A DNA stretch of 63,293 bases from a virus (taxonomy: Duplodnaviria; Caudoviricetes): the IMG/VR virus record IMGVR_UViG_3300036980_000702, positions 1-63,293 of that record; one strand, given 5' to 3'. The position numbers and the translations under genes were made by a program. A model generated the notes under the pieces. It did not search any database and had not been told where the DNA came from. It was given only the letters and a program-made list of their open reading frames with translations. Within the stretch, counting starts at the first letter, position 1; every line of letters starts with the position of its first letter. Of the stretch, positions 37,657 through 45,925 are shown one piece after another.

Positions 37657-37729
37657 AAATCATCACCTCGCCATTAATTATACTCCTTTCGCCCCTACAA
37701 ATCAACAAAAAATAATTTGAAAAAGGTAG

Positions 37730-37758
37730 TTGACAATACCCCGGTAGTGTGGTATCAT
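37730..37758 (+). promoter_or_regulatory. Repeated cassette promoter, copy 1
   Basis: TTGACAATACCCCGGTAGTGTGGTATCAT. Confidence 0.85.
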
Positions 37759-37791
37759 AAATTATAAATTAAATTTGAGGGGGAGAAAACA

Positions 37792-38592
37792 ATGGCAAAC
37801 CAAATAGTAGCAAAGCAAATCCATCCCAACGAGAGTGCAATCTTACACAGTATCAGTTACGACGCCGGAACGGATTGCGGACCGGCAGCGGGAATGAAAT
37901 TGACAGGCGGACGCCCAACCATTAATAATGGTCAAAAGGTTGTATTGTTTGACCAAAAGATTAAAGGCCAACGAATGGGACTCAAGTACGAAACCCGACC
38001 GGAACTAGCCGCCCTAGTGGCCGAATGGGAGGCCATCGAAGCCGAAAAACAGGCCAAAAGGGAATTTGAGTGGAAAATTAAACGCTTGGCGGAAGAAACT
38101 ATCGATATCCCTTTGGTAGCGGCCATGAATACCGAGGCCGACAGATTACGGGGACTCATTCCCCGAGAAAATATCGAAGTGACTATTACTCAAACCGGAG
38201 ATCTTGACGGTGACCCGATCCTTAAATATGAGGTAGACGGATTTGAGATTAGTTGGAGTGATGTAACTGTACATGGTTGGGCAACTGCGATTCGCCCCGG
38301 AGCAATGGGAGCATTTAAATCGGTTTGCGTAGCCTCTATTAATCTTGCAAAGCTGGCCGAACTTATGACGGCCAGGGATGAGGCTGAAAAAGCGGAGATT
38401 GAAGCCACCCAGAAAGCGGAGGAGGAGAAAATCCGGAAGTTCGAAACTGCCAAAACTACTGGTGAAAAAGTCCTCCTCCGTAAATGGACGGCTGATTGTA
38501 ACGACCACCGCGAGGAATGCAACGTGGACATAATTACCGAATGGGCAATGCCAGATGGCACAACCAAGACCGAACGGCAGCACACCTGGTAA
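37792..38592 (+). CDS. Accessory hypothetical protein
   Basis: GAGGGGGAG RBS; C-terminal KFETAKTTGEKVLL...EECNVD...AMPDGT..TERQHTW domain. Confidence 0.8.
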   Translation: MANQIVAKQIHPNESAILHSISYDAGTDCGPAAGMKLTGGRPTINNGQKVVLFDQKIKGQRMGLKYETRPELAALVAEWEAIEAEKQAKREFEWKIKRLAEETIDIPLVAAMNTEADRLRGLIPRENIEVTITQTGDLDGDPILKYEVDGFEISWSDVTVHGWATAIRPGAMGAFKSVCVASINLAKLAELMTARDEAEKAEIEATQKAEEEKIRKFETAKTTGEKVLLRKWTADCNDHREECNVDIITEWAMPDGTTKTERQHTW

Positions 38593-38600
38593 ACACTCAA

Positions 38601-38627
38601 AGGCCCACCGGGAGCCTCAATTCCGGT
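38601..38627 (+). ncRNA. Repeated H-type pseudoknot motif, copy B
   Basis: AGGC-cca-CCGGGA-GCCT-caa-TTCCGG. Confidence 0.65.
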
Positions 38628-38653
38628 AAAAAATAAAAAAACGGAGGAAAAAA

Positions 38654-38938
38654 ATGAAAAAATACGATTGGCAAACCATTCAGATTTGGAACGGTTCGGA
38701 TGATAGAACAAAACTCGTATGTTGTGATTCGCCCCATCAATACACCCAAAAGGATATTATCGAGGCTTTGGCAGAATTTAGACAGACAAACGGCATGGGT
38801 GGTTGGTTTTTCGATTTTGACGGTAGAAAACACGAAGATCCCGCCGATGCCTCTACATGGGGACCTAAATCGCCCAATGAAATTAATTGGGCTGGTTTTC
38901 CTGTTTTTAAAGATGGCGAGTGGGTTTTGTCTGAATAG
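38654..38938 (+). CDS. Accessory hypothetical protein
   Basis: GGAGG RBS, 94 aa. Confidence 0.7.
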   Translation: MKKYDWQTIQIWNGSDDRTKLVCCDSPHQYTQKDIIEALAEFRQTNGMGGWFFDFDGRKHEDPADASTWGPKSPNEINWAGFPVFKDGEWVLSE

Positions 38939-39033
38939 TCGGCGTAGGAATCGTGCGGGGGCGCAAGCCCCACCCTAAGAAGGGGATTAGGAAAGGGAGA
39001 GTTGATAAATGGATTCCGGAGGAGGGAAAGTAA

Positions 39034-39198
39034 ATGAACAAGGCGGGAAAAGTTGATTTTGAACAATATTTTTACACTTTCTTTAGTTGGTCATCTTTGG
39101 ATTTTAATAGAAATTACAGGCATATAAAAACATTATACCTCAAAGATTACTTAAATTATTGTAAATCAATCGACCAAGAACCCGTTAGAGCAAGATAA
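39034..39198 (+). CDS. 54-aa accessory protein (absent from the ORF track)
   Basis: GGAGGAGGG RBS; MNKAGKVDFEQYF... Confidence 0.55.
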   Translation: MNKAGKVDFEQYFYTFFSWSSLDFNRNYRHIKTLYLKDYLNYCKSIDQEPVRAR

Positions 39199-39233
39199 CC
39201 GACATCTAACCGGAAAAAAGGAGGGAAAACAGG

Positions 39234-39359
39234 ATGGTACATATGGTAAAATTTCTTCGATATTGGGATAACAACGGACAACACGACCGAATTTTTTCCC
39301 AAGAGTTGTTGGAAAAACTTCAGAAAATCAAATGTAGGTATATTACTTGGTCAATGTAA
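39234..39359 (+). CDS. 41-aa accessory protein (absent from the ORF track)
   Basis: AAGGAGG RBS; MVHMVKFLRYWDNNG... Confidence 0.5.
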   Translation: MVHMVKFLRYWDNNGQHDRIFSQELLEKLQKIKCRYITWSM

Positions 39360-39413
39360 AGTTGCGGAACTGGGTTGGTAAAAATCGAATGAGGCACACT
39401 TGGTAGTATTCAA

Positions 39414-39439
39414 AGGCCCACCGGGAGCCTCAATCCCGG
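39414..39439 (+). ncRNA. Repeated H-type pseudoknot motif, copy C
   Basis: AGGC-cca-CCGGGA-GCCT-caa-TCCCGG. Confidence 0.65.
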
Positions 39440-39463
39440 CTTAAGGAAAGGATAGTGCTGGGA

Positions 39464-39619
39464 ATGACACTCCGAGAAGCAGAAAAATATTTAGCCGATG
39501 TAGCTATGAATGGGATTAAATCCGCTAGTAATACTGATAAAGAAGAAATTTTACTTCGAAAAGAACTTGGCTTAGATATGGAATCAGTAAGGGCATTCGC
39601 TAAACAACATATGTTTTAA
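39464..39619 (+). CDS. 51-aa accessory protein (absent from the ORF track)
   Basis: MTLREAEKYLADVAMNG...; purine-rich RBS. Confidence 0.5.
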   Translation: MTLREAEKYLADVAMNGIKSASNTDKEEILLRKELGLDMESVRAFAKQHMF

Positions 39620-39634
39620 AATAAAAAAGTTCTC

Positions 39635-39686
39635 TTCCTTTTCCTTTTTATCTCCCCGCAGGAGGGATAAATTAGCGAAGGAGGAT
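39635..39686 (+). repeat. 52-bp cassette-head repeat (hairpin plus RBS), copy 1
   Basis: 51 of 52 bases identical to 41406-41457. Confidence 0.9.
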
Positions 39687-39691
39687 TGACG

Positions 39692-39868
39692 ATGATAAGA
39701 ATACAATACCAGACTGACGGCGATTATCCGTGCCTTGTAACACAAGGTGCTGATAGCGTAGAGGACGCCGAGAGACTGATTAAAGTTCTTAAGGCGGCCG
39801 ATGAAGCGCACGGTCATCAAACTCGACGTTATATAATTATTAAAACCAAGGAGGATCACAATGCCTAA
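39692..39868 (+). CDS. Cassette cargo protein
   Basis: AAGGAGG RBS inside the repeat. Confidence 0.65.
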   Translation: MIRIQYQTDGDYPCLVTQGADSVEDAERLIKVLKAADEAHGHQTRRYIIIKTKEDHNA

Positions 39869-40091
39869 ATCAAACGACCGCCAACAACTACAGATCTGGT
39901 TTGTCGGCGGGGAACAAATGAAAATGAAAAGAAACCTAGATTTGGAATCCTTTAATACCGGGGTTCCGCGAGGGGAAATCATCCGGGAATCAATTTCTAT
40001 CCGCAACTACATCAAAAAAATATTGGACGAAGAATCATCTCTAGCAGAAAAAACCCTGCTAGACCTGGTAAAAAAACATTTTGAAAAATAG
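39861..40091 (+). CDS. RHH-like regulator, paralog 1 (MPK...KKHFEK)
   Basis: Paralog of 41951-42181; beta strand then helices (RQQLQIWF...GEIIRESI). Confidence 0.65.
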   Translation: MPKSNDRQQLQIWFVGGEQMKMKRNLDLESFNTGVPRGEIIRESISIRNYIKKILDEESSLAEKTLLDLVKKHFEK

Positions 40092-40092
40092 A

Positions 40093-40121
40093 TTAACAAT
40101 ACCGCGGTAGTGTGGTATCAT
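40093..40121 (+). promoter_or_regulatory. Repeated cassette promoter, copy 2
   Basis: TTAACAATACCGCGGTAGTGTGGTATCAT; contains the palindrome TACCGCGGTA. Confidence 0.8.
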
Positions 40122-40172
40122 TGAAAATGTCAGACGGGGACGCCGCCTGAACAAACGAGGAGGTAAGCAAAA

Positions 40173-40634
40173 ATGACAAACGAAATTTACAAAACCATCA
40201 AAATAAAGGGAATCAAGGTGGAATGCATCGATGAAACAGACGGATTCACGCTGGATATTAATGACCAAAAATACTACTATGACAACATTTCAATGGGAAT
40301 TGATAAGATCATTAACGGAGAAAAATATTTTCACACTATCGAGGAAATTATGTCAGTAACTAACTTCGATCTCCCGGAAACCTACCACCTTACCAGCGGC
40401 GGCTGGTCAGAGAAAATCACCGCCAAAAACATCCAAGAGGCTCGGGACATAGCTGATAATAGAATCGGCTACAACCAGGAAGACATGAAAGACATGAATA
40501 TTCTTGATGAAGACGGCAATCTGATTTGTTACCGGTATTGGAGCCAAACTTTGGGAGGTTTGGAGGATCAAGAGGACGCAATCGAATATGGTACTTTTGG
40601 ATACTACACCGATTGGACGGACGCAGGGGCCTAA
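40173..40634 (+). CDS. Acidic accessory protein
   Basis: GAGGAGG RBS, 153 aa. Confidence 0.75.
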   Translation: MTNEIYKTIKIKGIKVECIDETDGFTLDINDQKYYYDNISMGIDKIINGEKYFHTIEEIMSVTNFDLPETYHLTSGGWSEKITAKNIQEARDIADNRIGYNQEDMKDMNILDEDGNLICYRYWSQTLGGLEDQEDAIEYGTFGYYTDWTDAGA

Positions 40635-40642
40635 TCGCCCCA

Positions 40643-40693
40643 CCCTCTCCCGCAAAGCGGGACTGATGAGCCGGATGATTCCCGGCGAAAGGG
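40643..40693 (+). ncRNA. Hammerhead ribozyme (type III)
   Basis: CCC-UC / stem I UCCCGC-aaa-GCGGGA / CUGAUGA / stem II GCCGG-augauuc-CCGGC / GAAA-GGG; the catalytic core is complete. Confidence 0.9.
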
Positions 40694-40714
40694 AAAAATT
40701 AGGAGGAAAGAAAA

Positions 40715-41239
40715 ATGTTAACAGAATTAATTTCCCCGACACACAAAACCCCATACGTTTTAGATTATATCCTTTCAAAAGGTTTAATCCGGTCGGGATT
40801 GACCGGAACAATCCGGATCGAACTTAAACACACTTGTTTTTACGGCAGTAAAGATTTTTACGTATATGTGGAAAACCTATCTTGTTCGGAAAGCCACTGG
40901 ACTGATTCCGTAAATTTTAGGATTGATGGAATCATTCCGATGCATGCAACCGAAGCCGGAAAACTATCATATGGGTTTGGTTGCGGATGTGATACTAGTC
41001 ACGGAGACCAATTTCCATCCGAAGCCCCTCCGGATAATCCGGGTTGGGACGATTATAAAAAATATGATGGCGAAGGATCTGTTGTAAAATGCTGGATAGA
41101 TTCCGCCCACATAGAGATAGACATTAGCCAAATCCCAAGTGGCGATCCCGCATTAGGAATAATTACAGTATTAATCGAGACTTTGTTGGCCAGGCAATGC
41201 TTCTCAGAGGAGGTAAAGAAAGATGGGAAAATGTCATGA
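40715..41239 (+). CDS. Accessory hypothetical protein
   Basis: AGGAGG RBS just downstream of the hammerhead. Confidence 0.7.
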   Translation: MLTELISPTHKTPYVLDYILSKGLIRSGLTGTIRIELKHTCFYGSKDFYVYVENLSCSESHWTDSVNFRIDGIIPMHATEAGKLSYGFGCGCDTSHGDQFPSEAPPDNPGWDDYKKYDGEGSVVKCWIDSAHIEIDISQIPSGDPALGIITVLIETLLARQCFSEEVKKDGKMS

Positions 41240-41396
41240 ATGTCTCAAAAAAGAATTAGATGAGTTGGAAACATTTAAAGAACATGAGTGCATTAATTGT
41301 GGTGAAGTTTATTATGGAAATGATTCTAATTTTTGTGATTCTTTTTGTAAAGAAGAATATAAAATTATGGAGGAAACGGCGAGAGAGTGTGTTTAA
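41223..41396 (+). CDS. 57-aa Cys-rich protein (absent from the ORF track)
   Basis: GAGGAGG RBS; MGKCHEC...CINCG...FCDSFC. Confidence 0.65.
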   Translation: MGKCHECLKKELDELETFKEHECINCGEVYYGNDSNFCDSFCKEEYKIMEETARECV

Positions 41397-41405
41397 AAAC
41401 ATTTT

Positions 41406-41457
41406 TTCCTTTTCCTTTTTATCTCCCCGCAGGAGGGATAAATTAGCAAAGGAGGAT
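41406..41457 (+). repeat. 52-bp cassette-head repeat, copy 2
   Basis: 51 of 52 bases identical to 39635-39686. Confidence 0.9.
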
Positions 41458-41461
41458 CGTC

Positions 41462-41938
41462 ATGAAAACGGGATATGTAAACCCCAAACTGCTTGCAAAA
41501 AGAGACCAATTAATTTTACAAGTAGAAACACTCAATCGGAAATTACATGGCGGAGCCACTGCGGAAGTGGCCAAATATTTCCATTTAGGGATGGTGGGTG
41601 GATCTGGAAAACCAGTACAGAAATTAAACCGGGTCAGGTCTCAGGAGATTGATCGCCGGATTGATGGTGCCGTCTTGGCTGTCAATCTCCAAAAAGAACT
41701 TAATTATGTCGAATTTCAAATCCGATATCAGGAAACTGCCCCACTGAGGGCCGCAATAAAAGATGCGGCAGTTGAAAAATTGGGGAGTCTATTTGATACT
41801 ATCGAAGTTGGAGATCAAATTGATATTGGCGGGAATTGTCCATTTACCGTGATTAAGAAAAATAGAAAAACAGTTGTTACGGAATCTGGAAGCAAATGGA
41901 CTGCGGCGGAAATTTTTAAGGTAATTAAAAAATCTTAA
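41462..41938 (+). CDS. Cassette cargo protein with an SH3-like C-terminus
   Basis: IEVGDQIDIGG...VIKKNRKTVVTESG. Confidence 0.7.
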   Translation: MKTGYVNPKLLAKRDQLILQVETLNRKLHGGATAEVAKYFHLGMVGGSGKPVQKLNRVRSQEIDRRIDGAVLAVNLQKELNYVEFQIRYQETAPLRAAIKDAAVEKLGSLFDTIEVGDQIDIGGNCPFTVIKKNRKTVVTESGSKWTAAEIFKVIKKS

Positions 41939-41950
41939 AGGAGGATCGCA

Positions 41951-42181
41951 ATGCCTAAAAAAATAGTAGACCCCAACCGCCAGCAATACAATATTTGGTT
42001 TGTGGGGGAAGATCAAATCAAACAAAAACGGGCGTTAGAGCTTGAAACATTCCAAACCGGGATCCCCATGGCTGAAAATATCCGAGAGGCAATTGCAATT
42101 CGGGCTTATCTCAAAGATTTTTTTGGGGACGAAACCGTAATTCCCCTGCTAGATCTAGTAAAAAAACATTTTGAAAAATAG
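41951..42181 (+). CDS. RHH-like regulator, paralog 2 (MPK...KKHFEK)
   Basis: Paralog of 39861-40091. Confidence 0.65.
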   Translation: MPKKIVDPNRQQYNIWFVGEDQIKQKRALELETFQTGIPMAENIREAIAIRAYLKDFFGDETVIPLLDLVKKHFEK

Positions 42182-42182
42182 A

Positions 42183-42211
42183 TTGACAATACCCCGGTAG
42201 TGTGGTATTAT
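42183..42211 (+). promoter_or_regulatory. Repeated cassette promoter, copy 3
   Basis: TTGACAATACCCCGGTAGTGTGGTATTAT. Confidence 0.85.
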
Positions 42212-42238
42212 AAGATATAAGATAAAAATGTAAACATA

Positions 42239-42262
42239 AGGCCCACCGGGAGCCTATCCCGG
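42239..42262 (+). ncRNA. Repeated H-type pseudoknot motif, copy D
   Basis: AGGC-cca-CCGGGA-GCCT-a-TCCCGG. Confidence 0.65.
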
Positions 42263-42283
42263 AATATGGAGGAGGTAAGGTAG

Positions 42284-42550
42284 ATGAAAAAAATATTTAT
42301 TAGCTCTTTTAGCGGTAAGTTTGATAAAGTAGTCACCTTGTGCTTAACAGCAGGAGGAAAAAGGCTTGGTGAAATAAACAAGTACCACAATGATCAAGGG
42401 GAGATTTGGGAAGTTAAAAGTTTACCGTTTTTCCCTCGCCGTACCCCCGTAAAATGGATGGAACATTTAAATTGTCATGTTGGCGGACAGCCGATTTGGC
42501 ACCCATTTAACTCCGCGATTTGCGATGGACGCCAAACATACTGTATTTAA
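42284..42550 (+). CDS. Accessory hypothetical protein
   Basis: GGAGGAGG RBS, 88 aa. Confidence 0.7.
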   Translation: MKKIFISSFSGKFDKVVTLCLTAGGKRLGEINKYHNDQGEIWEVKSLPFFPRRTPVKWMEHLNCHVGGQPIWHPFNSAICDGRQTYCI

Positions 42551-42570
42551 CCAGGGGCCTAACCGCCCCA

Positions 42571-42627
42571 CCTCTAACGTACCGATGCCGGGAACCAAAG
42601 CCCCGGAGGAAGAAGACGGATGGGAGG
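42571..42627 (+). ncRNA. Twister-ribozyme-like element (variant or degenerate)
   Basis: P1 CCUC/GAGG, UAA, P2 CGU/ACG, P4 CCGGG/CCCGG with loop AACCAAAGC, GA-UGG pairing with CCA; two core deviations. Confidence 0.45.
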
Positions 42628-42750
42628 AAAATAAGGAAAGGAAAAATACTATGCGGAAAAAACTTGTCTTTTATGCCGTTAAATTAATCAGAGGCTTTGG
42701 CCTCCGTCCTCCGTAGACGCCGGAATTAAAAATATTATAATTAGTAAAAC

Positions 42751-42780
42751 AAAAGCCCGGTTAATCCGGGCTGATTTTAT
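42751..42780. terminator. Bidirectional terminator closing the accessory region
   Basis: AAAAGCCCGG-ttaat-CCGGGCT between convergent transcription units. Confidence 0.75.
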
Positions 42781-42823
42781 TTAATTGACCTATTCCTCAA
42801 TTTCTTCTACTTCCACTTCTATT

Positions 42824-43234
42824 TTATATTATTATCATTTTATATTCCGGATATCGTTTTTCAAACAACTTTCGCTTTTGTTTTGCAATTTGACTCCAAA
42901 ATCCTTTTGCTTCATGAATTTCAATTAAAACATCTTCGCAAGGTGGAAGTATATCAAAATTATATTTTATTATCACGAAATCTGCTCGATAATAAATTGG
43001 TTTTATCCATTCTTCTCCTTTCCAATATCCCTCATTAATTAAAAAGTTAACTTGTGGGAAAAAATCAATTATCTCTCCTGCCAGCTTAAGCAGTTTAAGC
43101 TGGCAATAATAATCCGCCTCTTTTTTTGAATCCCAAATCCTCCCATCAACTTCGGTTTTTTGACTATGATATTTTGATCCTTTAAATTGAGTTTTATTTC
43201 GGTATTCCGCCGCCGACATTCGCTCCTGTTTCAT
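42824..43234 (-). CDS. DUF1064 family endonuclease
   Basis: SKYHSQKTEVDGRIWDSKKEA...YRADF...EAKG. Confidence 0.85.
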   Translation of the reverse strand: MKQERMSAAEYRNKTQFKGSKYHSQKTEVDGRIWDSKKEADYYCQLKLLKLAGEIIDFFPQVNFLINEGYWKGEEWIKPIYYRADFVIIKYNFDILPPCEDVLIEIHEAKGFWSQIAKQKRKLFEKRYPEYKMIII

Positions 43235-43542
43235 ATTTTACAACCCTCCCCACAACTTTTGAATAGGCTCTACAAAGTTTTATTGGGGGTTCTCCGGTAC
43301 CAGATCTAGTTATGTTGTTGTTAAAATATTCCAAATGAATAAAGGCCTCATAATCCATTTAATGTAATCTCTCCTCCTCGTCTCTCATTTTTGCCAACTT
43401 TTTAAATGCCGGAGCTATCGGGCACTCGCACCAGTGGAGATCTCCGTCACAAAAAACCACCGGAAACATCTCCTTATCGGTGACGTTCCATGAATCATGG
43501 ATGCAGATTGTCATACCGTCGCAAGTAGAATGATATTGGCAT

Positions 43543-44166
43543 TTATTCTGCATAATAACCCCGATCTGTTAACTTTTTTATGTGCCTTTCCCTGGCGGCA
43601 GTTATATCGATTCCATCCCGTTCAAGAATTCGAAAATAGGTTTCGAACGCTTGCATAACATCAAACGCTTCTTCGAGATCTTTTTCCGATCCAAGATCTC
43701 CAATATCGTCAAATTCATCAAATTCTTCCCATATTACCTCGATTTGTTCTTGTGGTGATTCCGTCTTCGCCCACTTCGTCGCTGGAAAACTATATTTCAT
43801 TTCGGGTTTTACTTCCGGATTTTTGCCAATTTCCACACGGAATATAGATTCTTCGCCACGCCACGCCGCAACTAAATGCAAAAAATCATCCCACATCCCA
43901 TCGGAAACTCCGTAATCAAGAAAAATATATGCTATATCGGCACGCTCTATAACGGCTTGATTTGCCAATATCCCCTTTTTACGATCATCGAGGTTACTGT
44001 CATTTAATACTCTCGGATATGAACCTTGCCCACCAACTGGGGCAAATCCTCTATCGAAAAGATATTGCTGACATCGATCATAATAAATTTGATATGTTTT
44101 TGTTTCTTCCTCTGTTTCCCCATGACACCGGGAAATTATTGCCGCTACTTTTAGTTCATTACTCAT
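43543..44166 (-). CDS. Nucleoside deoxyribosyltransferase-like domain fused to a MazG-like domain
   Basis: LDYGVSDGM motif; C-terminal EEFDE...EEAFDVMQAFET...RGYY. Confidence 0.55.
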   Translation of the reverse strand: MSNELKVAAIISRCHGETEEETKTYQIYYDRCQQYLFDRGFAPVGGQGSYPRVLNDSNLDDRKKGILANQAVIERADIAYIFLDYGVSDGMWDDFLHLVAAWRGEESIFRVEIGKNPEVKPEMKYSFPATKWAKTESPQEQIEVIWEEFDEFDDIGDLGSEKDLEEAFDVMQAFETYFRILERDGIDITAARERHIKKLTDRGYYAE

Positions 44167-44461
44167 TTATTTGCCTCGCTTCCAAATCCGTTTTTGATTA
44201 TTCTACCGTACATCAAAACATGTTCATTTCTGCATCCCATAAAATTACAATTGTGATCCCTTCCTTTTGGATTTCCAAGTATAATTATTTGATTATCTTT
44301 GATATAAATCCCGGTAATATTTTTCGGATCAATATTCAATTCCATCCATCCATTTGGTATACTCATTGCATAACCTCCGCAATCAAATTATTTGCACCTA
44401 TTTTGCCACCGTTTTATTCAAATTGTAGGCCTTTAAGTATCCTGACCCCAAAATATTTGGA

Positions 44462-44719
44462 TTAAATTTGAGGCGTTTTTGGGCGTTCTATGAAAAAGCA
44501 AACTGTACATTGTTTTATTTCATCACCGACTCCGGGCATTCTTACAAAAAAGTGCTCTCCCCCATTAAGACATGGGGCTTTTCTCGGATAAAAAGCAGGG
44601 TTCCACTCAACATCAAAAAGAAAAATTTTTCCGCAAAAAGGACACTCACATTCATTGTCGCTGGGGTTGAGTTCTTCCAGTTCATTAATTTCACAATTGC
44701 AATATGGGCATTCTAACAT
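44462..44719 (-). CDS. Zinc-ribbon protein
   Basis: CPYC...CPFC...APCLNGGEH motifs. Confidence 0.65.
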   Translation of the reverse strand: MLECPYCNCEINELEELNPSDNECECPFCGKIFLFDVEWNPAFYPRKAPCLNGGEHFFVRMPGVGDEIKQCTVCFFIERPKTPQI

Positions 44720-45265
44720 TTTGAATCCTCCTTATAAATTAAATATCCCGCATTTTCTAATCGCTTTTTTAATTCCGGTCGTGCGTCGACTAGCGCTTGA
44801 AAAGATTCAAACTCGCCTTTTTCGACTCCTCGTAATAAAATGATTTTGAAGGTTTCTTTTTTGATATTTTAAATATTCCACCAGAATCGGTTTTCCCATA
44901 AACAATATTTTCAACTGATATCCCAAATTCATCGTTTTAATATTTTGACATATGCTCATTGTCGTACGAAAAATGGCTGATAAACCTAAATGATAGTTCC
45001 TTTTGATCCATTTATATCCTCCTTTATCTGCCTTATAATTTCCCGGACATCCTTCGGACCATAAATTCCTTTTTGCCTTAATGAACTTTTTATTCTGCTA
45101 TCCATAATCCGTTCAGGAAATCTCAGCAAATGAAGTTGTCTTTTTAAAATAACAACTTGTATTATTTTATAAATATCTTCCGCATCCGTACCACCGGTTT
45201 CATTTATTCCCTCAACAATCAATTCGCGAGCAGACTGAGGATAATGAGGAGTAAAATCATCCATG

Positions 45266-45925
45266 TCACACCTCAACCAAATGGAATTTTCGGACGATTA
45301 TCCAGGGTTTTTCCCAATCAAGATCAGAGTAATTAAGAAAGAAACATATCCTGTAGGCTTTAGCGGGTAACGTTTTAAGTGAATCTTCACTCGGATTTAC
45401 CCCGATTTCCTTCGCCTCTTCCTCCGTTACATCCTCTATTTTGCAAATCCGAATAGAGTCGATTTCAAAAAAAATCCGAGCGGCCCATTGGGGCATGTGA
45501 ACAGGTGATTTCCACTTGCCTTCTTTTAATCCGCTTATTTTTTCAGGAAATATTTTATGATCAACCAAATAATCACCGGTATTTAAATTCAACGAATTAG
45601 CATTTCCATAACTCATCATACCCGCTTTATAACACATTCTAACTCGAGGATGGTGAAGATTATATGGAGCCCAAGTTTCTTTTCCGAAATACCATTCTCC
45701 AACATTTCCGTATTTACGTCCCGGTCCTAATTTCATCGGTAAATTTCCTTCCGTTTTACACGGATATACCATTCCGATATCTGATTTTGGTCCGGTAGAA
45801 TCAAGGCAAACCATAAAATTAGTAGTTTCCGGTGGTGGTTGCGGATTCAACGGCCTAATTAAAATAGTTTGCCGACCTTCCAAAATCGGATATACCTCAT
45901 TTTGATTGATAATTAGTGATTTCAT
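45266..45925 (-). CDS. ASCH-like domain protein
   Basis: ILEGRQT..RP...ETW...WKSPVHMPQWAARI...EEAKEIG. Confidence 0.75.
   Translation of the reverse strand: MKSLIINQNEVYPILEGRQTILIRPLNPQPPPETTNFMVCLDSTGPKSDIGMVYPCKTEGNLPMKLGPGRKYGNVGEWYFGKETWAPYNLHHPRVRMCYKAGMMSYGNANSLNLNTGDYLVDHKIFPEKISGLKEGKWKSPVHMPQWAARIFFEIDSIRICKIEDVTEEEAKEIGVNPSEDSLKTLPAKAYRICFFLNYSDLDWEKPWIIVRKFHLVEV

Noticed and set aside
41260-41652. 130-aa ORF spanning the 52-bp repeat
   Set aside because: It overlaps two better-supported RBS-led genes (41223-41396 and 41462-41938) and reads through a regulatory repeat
37730-42262. Repeats as a CRISPR or mini-array
   Set aside because: Copies are 0.8-3 kb apart and separated by genes rather than 30-40-nt spacers; no cas operon is present
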